Shown piece by piece: positions 39,646 to 49,353 of a stretch of DNA of 64,000 nt (the first letter of the stretch is position 1; each line of letters begins with the position of its first letter). The notes below the pieces were generated by a model. The model did no database searches. It was given only the letters and a program-made list of their open reading frames with translations, and was not told the DNA's origin. Position numbers and translations under genes: made by a program. Source of the stretch: Deltaproteobacteria bacterium (GTDB taxonomy: Bacteria; Desulfobacterota; Deferrimicrobia; Deferrimicrobiales; Deferrimicrobiaceae); contig JAKAHC010000004.1 of assembly GCA_021815305.1 (NCBI GenBank), forward strand, positions 215,183 through 279,182. Reading direction: 5' to 3'.

Positions 39646-40586
39646 AACCCGCCGCTTCGCCTCCCACGGACCCGGCCCGCCGCGCCGGGTCCGGAGGCGC
39701 GCTCGCCGACAACGAGAAGTGGCTCGGCCGCGTGATGATGGCCCCCGCCATCCTCTACATCGCGGCGCTGGTCGGACTGCCGCTGCTTCTCGCCCTGTAC
39801 TACAGCGTGAGCAACGTGACTGTAGGAAGCGCGGGGTGGCCCTCCTACGTCGGGCTTTCCAACTTCCGGCACGCCTTCGGGAACCCGACCTTCATCCGGG
39901 CGGTCTGGAATACGATCTTCTTCGCCGTCGTCTCCATGGCCATCGTGATGGTCCTTGGGACGATCCTCGCCCTTTCTCTCCTTAAGGATTTCCGCGGAAA
40001 ATGGTTCGTACGGCTGCTGATCCTCCTCCCGTGGGTCGCCCCGATCTCCCTGGGGACCATCGGGTGGCTCTGGATGTTCGACTCCGTCTACAGCGTGATC
40101 AACTGGACCGCGCAGTACTTCGGGATCTTCGGGAAGAGGACCTGGCCGGTCTGGCTGGGCCAGCCGACCCTGGCCATGGCGTCGGTCATCACGGTCCAGG
40201 TGTGGCGCCTCCTCCCCCTGGCCACGGTGATCCTGCTGGGGGGCTTGAGCAGCATCCCGAAGGATATCCAGGAGGCGGCACTGGTGGACGGCGCGAGCGT
40301 GCTCCGGCGCTACGTCCAGATCACCGAGCCCCTCATGCGCCCCATCGCCCTCGTGGCGCTGCTGTTCGGCCTGATCTTTTCCTTCACCGACATGATCGTG
40401 ATCTACGTGCTGACGCGCGGGGGCCCCTTCGACACGACCCAGGTGCTGGCGACGCTCGCCTTCTTCACCGGGATCGACGGCGGGGACCTCGGCGGGGGCG
40501 CCGCGATCGCCCTGTTCCTCCTTCCCGTGCTGGCGGCGTGCGTGATCCTGATCCTGCGGTTCGCCCGGAAAACGGAGGTTACCTGA
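39642..40586 (+). CDS. Carbohydrate ABC transporter permease
   Basis: YVGLSNF, EAALVDGAS (EAA loop), LTRGGP. Confidence 0.92.
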   Translation: MKPAASPPTDPARRAGSGGALADNEKWLGRVMMAPAILYIAALVGLPLLLALYYSVSNVTVGSAGWPSYVGLSNFRHAFGNPTFIRAVWNTIFFAVVSMAIVMVLGTILALSLLKDFRGKWFVRLLILLPWVAPISLGTIGWLWMFDSVYSVINWTAQYFGIFGKRTWPVWLGQPTLAMASVITVQVWRLLPLATVILLGGLSSIPKDIQEAALVDGASVLRRYVQITEPLMRPIALVALLFGLIFSFTDMIVIYVLTRGGPFDTTQVLATLAFFTGIDGGDLGGGAAIALFLLPVLAACVILILRFARKTEVT

Positions 40587-40590
40587 TACG

Positions 40591-41445
40591 ATGAGCGCGA
40601 AACGCGGAACCGTCACCTCACCCGCATGGCGGGTGGTTCACTTCGGAGCGATCTCGGCGTTCGTGCTGTTCGCGGCGTTCCCCTTCTTCTGGATGGTGAT
40701 CTCCGCCTTCAAACAGACGCTCGACCTGATGAACCCGAACAACAACCCGTTCGTGTTCAACCTGCCCCCGACAATGGTGCAGGTCAAGATGCTCTTCGAG
40801 GGGACGGAGTACACGAAGTGGCTGTGGAACACCGCGTGGGTGGGGATCCTCGTCGTGATCATCACCCTCCTGCTCGCCGTTCCCCTCGGGTACGGACTTG
40901 CGCGCCTGTCGGGGAAGACCGGAGAGCGGCTCGGGATCATGATCTTCCTCACCTACCTCGTTCCGCCGACCATCCTCTTCATCCCCCTCTCGAGAGTGAT
41001 CAGCTACCTGGGATTGACCGACTCCCTGTGGTCGTTGGTGGTCGTCTACCCAAGCTTCACGGTGCCGTTCTGCGCGTGGCTGCTGATGGGGTTTTTCAAG
41101 GTCATCCCGCCGGACATCGAGGAGGCCGCCATGATCGACGGGCTCTCCCGGTTCGGGGCGTTCGTGCGCGTGGTCCTTCCGGTTTCCATCGCGGGGCTGC
41201 TCACCACGATCATCTTCAGCTTCACGCTGGTGACGCAGGAGTTCGTCTACGCGCTCACCTTCATCAGCTCGTCGTCGAAGTTCACCGTGAGCGTCGGGGT
41301 TCCGACCTTCCTGGTGCGCGGGGACGTCTATTTCTGGGGGTCGATGATGGCGGCGTGCTTCATCGCGAGCTTCCCCATCGCCGTCCTCTACAACTTCTTC
41401 GTCGACCGGTTCATCGCCGGGTTCACTGTAGGGGCGGTGAAGTAG
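40591..41445 (+). CDS. Carbohydrate ABC transporter permease
   Basis: EEAAMIDG (EAA loop), ends GAVK. Confidence 0.92.
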   Translation: MSAKRGTVTSPAWRVVHFGAISAFVLFAAFPFFWMVISAFKQTLDLMNPNNNPFVFNLPPTMVQVKMLFEGTEYTKWLWNTAWVGILVVIITLLLAVPLGYGLARLSGKTGERLGIMIFLTYLVPPTILFIPLSRVISYLGLTDSLWSLVVVYPSFTVPFCAWLLMGFFKVIPPDIEEAAMIDGLSRFGAFVRVVLPVSIAGLLTTIIFSFTLVTQEFVYALTFISSSSKFTVSVGVPTFLVRGDVYFWGSMMAACFIASFPIAVLYNFFVDRFIAGFTVGAVK

Positions 41446-42691
41446 CCACGGCGGAGGCGGGTTGCCGCCCGGAGTCGGCCCTCGCCTCCAGGAGACCGGC
41501 GGCGAATGGGACCAGCATCAGGGACGCCACCAGGGCGATCACCCCTCTCCACCCCCAGCGCTGGTATGCGTACCCGCCCGCCGTGATCCCCGCGGTGCCG
41601 CCCAGGTAGTAAAACAGCAGGTAGAGGGAGTTCGCGCGCCCCCGGCTGGCGGTGAGTTTCCGGTTCAGCGCGCCGACCGCCGCCGTGTGGACGACGAAGA
41701 ACCCCGCGCACATTCCCACGAGGGACACCCCCACCAGGGCGAGAAAAGGCAGCAGCGCGCAAAGGACGGACAGCGCGAACACCACCGCTCCCAGCGCCAT
41801 CGTCAACCCGTTCCCGAGGCGGTTCCCCAGCCTGCCGGCGACCGGCCCGATCCCCACCCCGACGAGGTACGAGAGATAGAGCATCGTGATGTACTGGGTG
41901 GGGAGCCGGAAAGGAGGCCCCGCAAGGTAGAAGGGAAGGTAGTTGAAGACGGTGGAGAAGGCCCCCAGCGCGGCGGCCCCCACGGAGAAGAGCCGCAGCA
42001 GATCATGCCGCGACAGCAGCGCCGCGAAACCGGCTTCCTCCTCCGGGACCTCCTGCCCCGCCTCCTCCCGGGGGAGCCACCGCCCCGCGTCCACGGTGCC
42101 CGCAAGCAGCAGGACCGACGCGGTGACGAAGGCGTACCGCCAGTGGAGGGGAGGGTGGATGAAACCGGCGAGGAGCCGCCCGCCCAACCCCCCGGCCACG
42201 GTGGCCGAGACGTACGCACCCATCGCGATGTTCAGGCGCTCGGGGGGCAGGCGCCTTACGAGGTACACCATGAGGCACGTGGTGAGCGCGGGGATGAACA
42301 GCCCCTGCGCGAACCGCGCCGCGACCAGGAGGGGGAAGTTCCGCGTGGCCGCGCACAGGAACCCGCACAGGGAGACGAAGGTTCCGCCGAAAAGGATGAT
42401 CGGGCGCGCCGGGAACCGGTCCACCAGCCGCCCGAAGGGGAGCGTCGACAGGGCGATCCCGAAGATCACCGCGGAAACGGACAGGGAGGCGCGCGCCGCG
42501 TCGATGCCGAATTCCCGGCGGAGCACCGGGAGCACCGGCTGGGTGAGGTAGATCGTCGCGAAGGTGGCGGCCACCAGAAAAAAAACCCGCGCCTGGAGGG
42601 ACTTCGACCCCAGGCCCGCAGCCTCCCCCGCCCCTTCCCCGCATTTTGCGATAAAATTCCGGTTCACTATTGAACTTTCCTCCGTTTCCAT
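41423..42691 (-). CDS. MFS transporter (YnfM-like)
   Basis: IYLTQPVLP, GGLGGR, NSLYLLFYYLG; 12 TM. Confidence 0.85.
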   Translation of the reverse strand: METEESSIVNRNFIAKCGEGAGEAAGLGSKSLQARVFFLVAATFATIYLTQPVLPVLRREFGIDAARASLSVSAVIFGIALSTLPFGRLVDRFPARPIILFGGTFVSLCGFLCAATRNFPLLVAARFAQGLFIPALTTCLMVYLVRRLPPERLNIAMGAYVSATVAGGLGGRLLAGFIHPPLHWRYAFVTASVLLLAGTVDAGRWLPREEAGQEVPEEEAGFAALLSRHDLLRLFSVGAAALGAFSTVFNYLPFYLAGPPFRLPTQYITMLYLSYLVGVGIGPVAGRLGNRLGNGLTMALGAVVFALSVLCALLPFLALVGVSLVGMCAGFFVVHTAAVGALNRKLTASRGRANSLYLLFYYLGGTAGITAGGYAYQRWGWRGVIALVASLMLVPFAAGLLEARADSGRQPASAVATSPPLQ

Positions 42692-42769
42692 CGTCTAATC
42701 CACAATAGCCGAAGAATACCCGGGAAGCAAAAAGGGTATCAACAATGGGCATCAAAGGGGGAAACGGGC

Positions 42770-43240
42770 ATGAAATCGTGGATCGTCGGTGCGATCGTCC
42801 TGTCGCTTGCGCTTTCGGGGTGCGCCTCCACAATGGGGCCGAAGGAAGGTGCGGGCACGGTCCTCGGCGGCGTCGGCGGCGCCGTCCTGGGGTCCCAGTT
42901 CGGGGGCGGAACGGGGAGGGTCGTCGGCGCAGCGATCGGCGGCATCGCCGGGGCTCTGCTGGGTCAGGATATCGGCCGCCAGCTCGACCGGGCGGACCAG
43001 ATGGAGATGCAACGGACCGCGCAGGTCGCGCTGGAGGACAACCGGGACAATCGACCGCGAGAATGGCGGAACCCGAACACCGGACATTACGGGTCGATCA
43101 CGCCGAAGCGCACCTACAGGACCGAAAGCGGCCGGTACTGCCGGGAGTACCAGCAGACCGTCGTCATCGGCGGGGAGGAGCAGCAGGCGTACGGCACCGC
43201 GTGCCGCCAGTCGGACGGCACCTGGAAGATCGTGAAATAG
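42770..43240 (+). CDS. Glycine-zipper lipoprotein (17-kDa surface antigen-like)
   Basis: Lipobox LSGC, glycine zipper, YCREYQQ..GTACRQ.DG.W. Confidence 0.88.
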   Translation: MKSWIVGAIVLSLALSGCASTMGPKEGAGTVLGGVGGAVLGSQFGGGTGRVVGAAIGGIAGALLGQDIGRQLDRADQMEMQRTAQVALEDNRDNRPREWRNPNTGHYGSITPKRTYRTESGRYCREYQQTVVIGGEEQQAYGTACRQSDGTWKIVK

Positions 43241-43294
43241 TCCGGGGAGGAAGCGGCACTTCCGGGGGCCGGCGCAGGGCGATATGATGGGTGG

Positions 43295-44092
43295 ATGAAT
43301 TTCCCCACCCTTTCCGTGAACCTCTGCGAGCACCCCCCCTGGGTGATCGCTTCCCCGCGGTTCAACCGGCACCCCCTTCCCCTGGAGATCCAGGGCGTAC
43401 GACGGACCCATCGGTCCCTTTTCGATCGCCTCGACGCGCTTGCGGACCCCGCGGCGCGGGTCAGGCGCTTCCGGGACTACATGGGCATGGTCTTCCGGAT
43501 CGGAGGGTGGCGGCGGGAATCTTCCCGCCCCGCCCGCCGCTCGCTTCGGAACAGCTACCTGCGGTTTCTCCGCGGCTGGATGGCGGACGCGAGCTCCACC
43601 GAAGGGGCCGTGCTCAAGGGCTGGGTGGAGAGCCGGTTCGGCATCGCGCCCACGTTCCACGCGGGCCTCATCGAGGGGGTCGCCTCGGAGCGGTACCTCC
43701 TCTATCTTGCGGAGCGGATGCGGGAGAGCGCCTCCTCCAACGCGATCGAGTCCCAGCTGGACGTCGTCTACGAATTCGTCCAGTACGAGCTGCGCCGGCG
43801 GCAGCCAGGCGTTTCCACCTTCACTCTGTACCGCGGGGTTCGCAACATCGAGGATTACCGCTTCCTCGGGGAGCCCGGGGAGAAACACGCGGTAGTCCGA
43901 CTGAACAACCTGAACTCCTTCTCCTCCCGGATCGAGCACGCATGGGAGTTCGGCAGCCACCTCCTCGAGGCCGAAGTCCCGGCCCCCAAGATCTTCTTCC
44001 GCTCGGACATCCTCCCGGGAGTTCTGCCCAAGGGCGAGGAGGAGGCCCTGGTGATCGGGGGCGAATATGAAGTGACGGTGAGGAGCTACTGA
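43295..44092 (+). CDS. draT: NAD(+)-dinitrogen reductase ADP-ribosyltransferase
   Basis: SYLRFLRGW, EGAVLKGWVESRFG, LYRG, LNNLNSFSS, KGEEEALVIGG. Confidence 0.88.
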   Translation: MNFPTLSVNLCEHPPWVIASPRFNRHPLPLEIQGVRRTHRSLFDRLDALADPAARVRRFRDYMGMVFRIGGWRRESSRPARRSLRNSYLRFLRGWMADASSTEGAVLKGWVESRFGIAPTFHAGLIEGVASERYLLYLAERMRESASSNAIESQLDVVYEFVQYELRRRQPGVSTFTLYRGVRNIEDYRFLGEPGEKHAVVRLNNLNSFSSRIEHAWEFGSHLLEAEVPAPKIFFRSDILPGVLPKGEEEALVIGGEYEVTVRSY

Positions 44093-44094
44093 GG

Positions 44095-45015
44095 ATGCGG
44101 GGCCACGACCCTCGGGATGCGGTCGGGATCGTCCACCGGGCCAGGGGCGCCCTCTTCGGGGTGGCTGTCGGGGACGCGCTGGGCGCCACCACGGAGTTCA
44201 TGAAACCCGCGCAGATCCGGGAGCGTTTCGGGGTCCACAAGGAGATCACCGGCGGCGGATGGCTCAAGCTCGCCCCCGGGCAGGTCACGGATGATACGGA
44301 GATGTCGCTTTGCATCGCCCGGGCGATCGCCGACCGCGGGGGATGGGAGCTTTCCGCCATCGCGGAGCGGTTCGCCCGATGGTTTTCCGGAAACCCCGCG
44401 GATGTGGGCGCCACCTGCCGGCGGGGGATCCGGGAGTACCTCGAAACGCGGCGGCTCGAGACCCCCCCCAACGAATGGGACGCGGGAAACGGGGCGGCGA
44501 TGCGGATGGCCCCCGTGGCGCTCTACACGCTGGGGAGCGAGCGGTTCCTCTCCCGGTGCGCCGTGGAGCAGGCGCGCCTCACCCACAACCACCCGCTCTC
44601 CGACGCCGCCTGCGTCGCCGTGGGAATGCTGATCCAGCGGGGAATCCTCGGATCTCCCCGGAGCGGACTGCTGGCCGCCGCGGAGGATCTCGCCGCCGCC
44701 CACCCGGAGTTCCTCTTCGAGGGGTACGACGGCGAGGCGACGGGGTTCGTCGCCGACACCCTCCGGACGGTATTCTCGGCGTTCTTCTCCACGGACGGTT
44801 TCGAGGAGTGCCTCGTTCGCACCGTGAACCGGGGGGATGACGCGGACACCACCGGCGCCATCGCGGGCGCCATCGCCGGCGCCCGCTACGGGTTCGCGGC
44901 GATCCCGCGGCGCTGGGTCCTGGCGCTCCCCGCCGGACTGCGGGAGGAGATCTCCACCCTCGCCGCGAAACTGGTCCGGATGTCGCCGCTGTTCAACCCC
45001 CCAGCCACCGGCTGA
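44095..45015 (+). CDS. draG: ADP-ribosyl-[dinitrogen reductase] glycohydrolase
   Basis: GDALGATTEF, VTDDTEM, GNGAAMR, GDDADTTGAI; directly after draT. Confidence 0.88.
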   Translation: MRGHDPRDAVGIVHRARGALFGVAVGDALGATTEFMKPAQIRERFGVHKEITGGGWLKLAPGQVTDDTEMSLCIARAIADRGGWELSAIAERFARWFSGNPADVGATCRRGIREYLETRRLETPPNEWDAGNGAAMRMAPVALYTLGSERFLSRCAVEQARLTHNHPLSDAACVAVGMLIQRGILGSPRSGLLAAAEDLAAAHPEFLFEGYDGEATGFVADTLRTVFSAFFSTDGFEECLVRTVNRGDDADTTGAIAGAIAGARYGFAAIPRRWVLALPAGLREEISTLAAKLVRMSPLFNPPATG

Positions 45016-47164
45016 GGTATCCCGCCCTCCACAGGAGCAGGGCCGCCGCGAACGCCAGCAGGAGGAGGTACAGGATCCACGGCCTCCCCTTCTCCGCGAA
45101 CGGGTCCGTCAGGGAACGCTCCGCGCCCTCGGGGAGCTTCGCGGCGGCGGTCAACGAGGCGCCGAACGGAATGTTGATCCTGGCGCGGGCATTCACCGCC
45201 CATCCGTTGGCGTCGAGGATGGGGCCCAGGTTCCGTTTGCGCAGCTTGAGCCATGCAAGGAGCACCGAGGGGCTGGAGACCACCAGGAGGATCCCCAGGA
45301 AAACGAGCGGAACCTGCCACCACGCGAGCCGCAGGATGCCCGACACCACGGAAACGAGCGCGGCGCCGATGGCGCCGACCGCAAGGCCGATCGCCGCGAA
45401 GATGCCGGCGAATTTGGCGACATCGAAGGGGGGCGGGGCGGGGGCCGCCGCCTTCGCCGCCGTGGCCTGCCCCGCCGCGGCGATCATCCGGGCCGTCCGC
45501 TGCTCCTCCGCCGCCTTCGAGCGGGCGGCCGCGATCTTCTGCATCTGCTCCCCGATCGCCCGGGCAAGCTGCTTGTAGGGGGCCCAGAAGGCCTGCCGGA
45601 TGCTGATCGGGTGATCCACGATCCGGAGGATCGTCGCGTCCCAGTCCTGCCCCTTGCGGTCGTAGAACACCCCGTTGCGTCCGACCGTGAGGAAATCGGA
45701 GTCTCCCGCCGTGAAGCCGGCGGCGATCGTCGCCTTCTCCTCGCCTCTCCTGCGGGTGCAGTCGCAGTAGACGAGGCAGACATGGCTCAGGGTGGCGATG
45801 GCGGCGTGCCGGTTCACGTCCGTGACCGGAACGCAAAGGTCGGCGCTGCGCCCGTCCAGGTACAGGGTCCCCGCCTGGAAGCTCCCTTTCCCCTTCCGCG
45901 TATAGAAATCCCGGAAGGAGACGAAGTTGTTGATCAGAAGGTGAAGGTCCCGGCAATAGCGCAACAGCCGCTCCACCGAAGCGATGGCCGCCACCTCGGG
46001 TTCCACGGCCTTGTCCTGCGCCACGAGGTCCAGCAGCGCCGCCCTGCCGTCCTCGGCCAGGATCCGCCGCACCCGCTCTTCGCCGAGTTTCTCCAGGGCC
46101 GTCGCGGGCTTCGACGCGATCCACGCCTCGTACGGCGCGAAACGGCCGCAAAGCGTCCTCCACGCCTCCTCGGTAAGGGCGTCCATTCCCCCCAGAACCG
46201 GCAATGCCACCTCTTCGCCGAACCGCCGCACTGCGCCGGAAAACGCCGGGTTCAGCCCCGCGGACAGCGGCAACGGCTTCCCATCGGCGGGAACGGCCAG
46301 GGGGAACGACATCACCGGCTCCAGGTCCCCACCGAGGCTCATCGCCGCAAGCTTCTGGTAGTCCGCGTCCGACGGGCAAGTGAGGGAAGCCGACCGGCTG
46401 TCGTACGCCGCGAGACGGCACCGCTGGAAGTAGTCCTCGATCTTCGCCTTCAGCGCATGGTGGATCTCGTGCCGCGCCGCCGTCGCCTCCCCGAACGGGA
46501 GCGTCCCGGGGTTTCCCGCGGCGTCCCACCAGTCGACGATCGCCTGCGCCTCCTTGTAGAAAACCTCGATCGTTTCCTCCGTGACCCCGGGCTTTCCGCC
46601 CCGGTCGTTCCGGCCCCCGAGGCATGCGATCGCATCCTCGATCACGGAGCGCAGCGCGGGATCCTCGGCCGCATGGGCAGGCACGATCCCGTCCCCGTTG
46701 AACCGCGCCTGGGAAAAGATCCGTTCGGTGTCGCAGACATCCTCCAGGGAGATCTCTTCCGCGCCCGGCTTCCCGAGGACCGAAAGCACGAGCTTCGCCC
46801 CGGCAAGCACCGCCCTCCCCTCCTCCGTACCGCCGTCGATGGCCGAGAGCGGCAATCGGTCCCGCCGCCTGACGAGAAAATCGAGGTCGGTGAGGACCGT
46901 CCGTGCCCACTTCACGGCGGCAAGGAGCTCCGGGGCGCGGATGTGTCCGTCCGCATCCGAATCCACCAGGTCCAGGGTCTTCCGGTCGAACTCGATTCCC
47001 GGGACAGGGCAGCTCAGGGCCACCCAGAGCTTCTGGTCGAGTGTTTCCAGCGCCGCCAGGTCCGCGCCCGTCTCGAGCAGCGCCTGGTCGAATCCTCCCG
47101 CACGGAAGAACTTCCATCGGTGCGTTGCGCCTCGGACATCCGGGGTCCTGCTGGCCTGGGGCAT
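44993..47164 (-). CDS. Large hypothetical membrane-anchored protein with an N-terminal EF-hand-like loop
   Basis: Start MPQAS after AGGAGG; DSDADGHIRAPE loop; about 3 C-terminal TM helices. Confidence 0.75.
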   Translation of the reverse strand: MPQASRTPDVRGATHRWKFFRAGGFDQALLETGADLAALETLDQKLWVALSCPVPGIEFDRKTLDLVDSDADGHIRAPELLAAVKWARTVLTDLDFLVRRRDRLPLSAIDGGTEEGRAVLAGAKLVLSVLGKPGAEEISLEDVCDTERIFSQARFNGDGIVPAHAAEDPALRSVIEDAIACLGGRNDRGGKPGVTEETIEVFYKEAQAIVDWWDAAGNPGTLPFGEATAARHEIHHALKAKIEDYFQRCRLAAYDSRSASLTCPSDADYQKLAAMSLGGDLEPVMSFPLAVPADGKPLPLSAGLNPAFSGAVRRFGEEVALPVLGGMDALTEEAWRTLCGRFAPYEAWIASKPATALEKLGEERVRRILAEDGRAALLDLVAQDKAVEPEVAAIASVERLLRYCRDLHLLINNFVSFRDFYTRKGKGSFQAGTLYLDGRSADLCVPVTDVNRHAAIATLSHVCLVYCDCTRRRGEEKATIAAGFTAGDSDFLTVGRNGVFYDRKGQDWDATILRIVDHPISIRQAFWAPYKQLARAIGEQMQKIAAARSKAAEEQRTARMIAAAGQATAAKAAAPAPPPFDVAKFAGIFAAIGLAVGAIGAALVSVVSGILRLAWWQVPLVFLGILLVVSSPSVLLAWLKLRKRNLGPILDANGWAVNARARINIPFGASLTAAAKLPEGAERSLTDPFAEKGRPWILYLLLLAFAAALLLWRAGYLSRWLGG

Positions 47165-47237
47165 GGCGAACCTCCTTGGTCGATGCGGATCAGGATAGCA
47201 GAATTTTCGAATTTTCCCTCCGGGCGAACCTGCGGAG

Positions 47238-47278
47238 AATTTCGTAATCCCTCTCGACAGCATGAACAATTTCGTAAT
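47238..47278. promoter_or_regulatory. 11-bp direct repeat AATTTCGTAAT (x2, 30-bp period) in a divergent promoter region
   Basis: Exact copies at 47238-47248 and 47268-47278 in an AT-rich intergenic region. Confidence 0.5.
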
Positions 47279-47398
47279 GGAACGAAGCGGTGACTGCGTG
47301 AATAAACCCTTGTTTTACAAAAACTAATCCCATCTTTCGCCGTGGGCACGGTCATTGCTGCCTTTGTCCCGCACAGCGGAGCTTTCGGGAGGTGGAAA

Positions 47399-47743
47399 TT
47401 GAGAACACGAGCGGCAGCCGCCGTTGCGGTTTCGATGTTTCTCCTGGCATGGAGCGGGTGCGCGGGGACGAACGACTTCCGCCAGAACGCGCAATCCCCC
47501 CAGGCGCAGGCCAAGGCAGCCAGGGCGGAGGCGGTCAAAGAGGCAAGAGAATCCTTCCAGGAGGCGAAAACCTCCGGCGGGGAACTTGCAGCCCCTTACG
47601 ACTATTACATGGCGCAGGAGTACCTCCGACTGGCCGAACACGAGTTGGGAGAGGCCTGCGTGAAAAGCGTGCACGAATTCGCCCGGAAATCGAAAGCCCA
47701 TTCCGCCAAGGCCATCGAAGTGGCAAAAGGAGGTGTCAATTGA
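47399..47743 (+). CDS. Small lipoprotein (DUF4398-like helical)
   Basis: TTG start after GGGAGG, lipobox WSGC, APYDYYMAQEYLRLA. Confidence 0.7.
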   Translation: MRTRAAAAVAVSMFLLAWSGCAGTNDFRQNAQSPQAQAKAARAEAVKEARESFQEAKTSGGELAAPYDYYMAQEYLRLAEHELGEACVKSVHEFARKSKAHSAKAIEVAKGGVN

Positions 47744-48126
47744 GGATCCGCTGCGTCCTGGCGACGGCCGCCCTTTTCGCGGCGGGATGCTCGACGATGC
47801 AGGCCCTGCAGACCCGGCCGACCGATCCGGTGGCGCGGGCGGGGGCCATCGCCGCCAAGATCGACGAGGCCGAGCGGCTCGGGGCGAAGGAATGCTCTCC
47901 CCGCGCCCTTGCCAAGGCCAAGGTCTCCCTGGAACATGTGTCGCATGAATTGAAGGAAGGGTACTACAGCAGTCAATGGCTGGATCCGGACTTCGATGCG
48001 GCCAACAAGGCGGCGCAGGACCTCCTGTCGGAGAGGAAGGCCGCCGCCGAAACGGGGCGGCATTACCGCTGCGTGTCGACGCCGGAAGCCGCTCCCAAGG
48101 GGAAACCCGCCCCTCGAGACGGGTAA
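47740..48126 (+). CDS. Small lipoprotein (DUF4398-like helical)
   Basis: TTG start overlapping the upstream stop, RBS AGGAGG, lipobox AAGC, GAKECSPRALAKA. Confidence 0.68.
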   Translation: MRIRCVLATAALFAAGCSTMQALQTRPTDPVARAGAIAAKIDEAERLGAKECSPRALAKAKVSLEHVSHELKEGYYSSQWLDPDFDAANKAAQDLLSERKAAAETGRHYRCVSTPEAAPKGKPAPRDG

Positions 48127-48326
48127 TCCCCCTTCGTGCGGAGAAGGGGTTGCGGGCGGGAACCGCGACCCCGGGTCTCCACGATCCCCGGGAGGGACCG
48201 CGCGTTCCGGCCCCATTTCGGCGGACGGCTTCGCCTTTGCCTTTCCCCAGGGAATCCCTTTCCCCGACGCGATCGTCATAGAGCAAAGCGGAATGGCGAA
48301 ACACGCGGTCCCACCGGGGAGGATCC

Positions 48327-49268
48327 ATGCGCATCGCGATTTTCGGAGCAGGCGGCGTGGGCGGCTATTTCGGAGGGAGGTTGTCCCGGGCCGGAGAGGA
48401 CGTCCTGTTCCTCGCCCGGGGGGAACACCTTCGCGCGATCCGGGAACACGGCCTGCAAGTGGAAAGCGTGAACGGCGACTTCGTGATCCATCCGGCGCAG
48501 GCCGTGGAGAACCCGGCGCAGGGAGGCCGCGTCGATCTCGTCATCGTCGGGGTGAAGGCGTGGCAGGTCCCGGAGGCTGCGGAGGCGATGCGCCCCATGG
48601 TCGGGCCGGAAACCTCCGTGCTCACCCTGCAAAACGGCGTGGAGGCGCCCGACCAGGTTGCGGCGGTTCTGGGCCCCTCGGTCGTCCTGGGAGGATCGGC
48701 CAACATCATCAGCTTCACCGCCGGGCCGGGACGGATCCGGCACCTCGGCGGACCGGCGTCGATCCGGTTCGGCGAACTCGACAACCGCGGGAGCGAGCGT
48801 TCCCTGATGCTCAAGGAGACCCTGTCCCGCGCAGGCATCCCGGCGGAAATCGCCCCGGAGACCCGTATCGCCCTCTGGGAAAAATTCCTGTTCATCGTCC
48901 CGGTGGGAGGCGTAGGCGCCGTGACCCGTGCCCCGATCGGCCTCCTCCGGACGATCCCCGAAACGAAACGAATGCTCTACCAGGGGATGCGGGAAATCCT
49001 CGGCGTGGCGCACGCAAGGGGGATCTCCCTGGACGAAACGGTCATCGACCGGACGATGCGCTTCCTGGACACGCTTCCGCCGGAAGGAACCACGTCGATG
49101 CAGCGGGACATCATGGGGGGCCACCCCTCCGAGCTGGAGGCGTGGAACGGGGCCGTGGTCCGATTGGGCAAACGGGCCGGCGTTCCCACCCCGTTGCACG
49201 ATTTTCTCTACAGCAGCCTGCTGCCGATGGAACGGAAGTCCCGGGGACAGGTGCGGTTCCCGGGGTGA
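48327..49268 (+). CDS. panE: 2-dehydropantoate 2-reductase
   Basis: GAGGVGG, LQNG, LWEKF, TSMQRD, SELE. Confidence 0.9.
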   Translation: MRIAIFGAGGVGGYFGGRLSRAGEDVLFLARGEHLRAIREHGLQVESVNGDFVIHPAQAVENPAQGGRVDLVIVGVKAWQVPEAAEAMRPMVGPETSVLTLQNGVEAPDQVAAVLGPSVVLGGSANIISFTAGPGRIRHLGGPASIRFGELDNRGSERSLMLKETLSRAGIPAEIAPETRIALWEKFLFIVPVGGVGAVTRAPIGLLRTIPETKRMLYQGMREILGVAHARGISLDETVIDRTMRFLDTLPPEGTTSMQRDIMGGHPSELEAWNGAVVRLGKRAGVPTPLHDFLYSSLLPMERKSRGQVRFPG

Positions 49269-49353
49269 TCCTCGCGGCCCGTCGTTGCGGACCCACCCGG
49301 CGGAAGCGGCCTCTTCCGCGATGGCCGCCCCCGCCGGGAAGATGTCACGTTCC

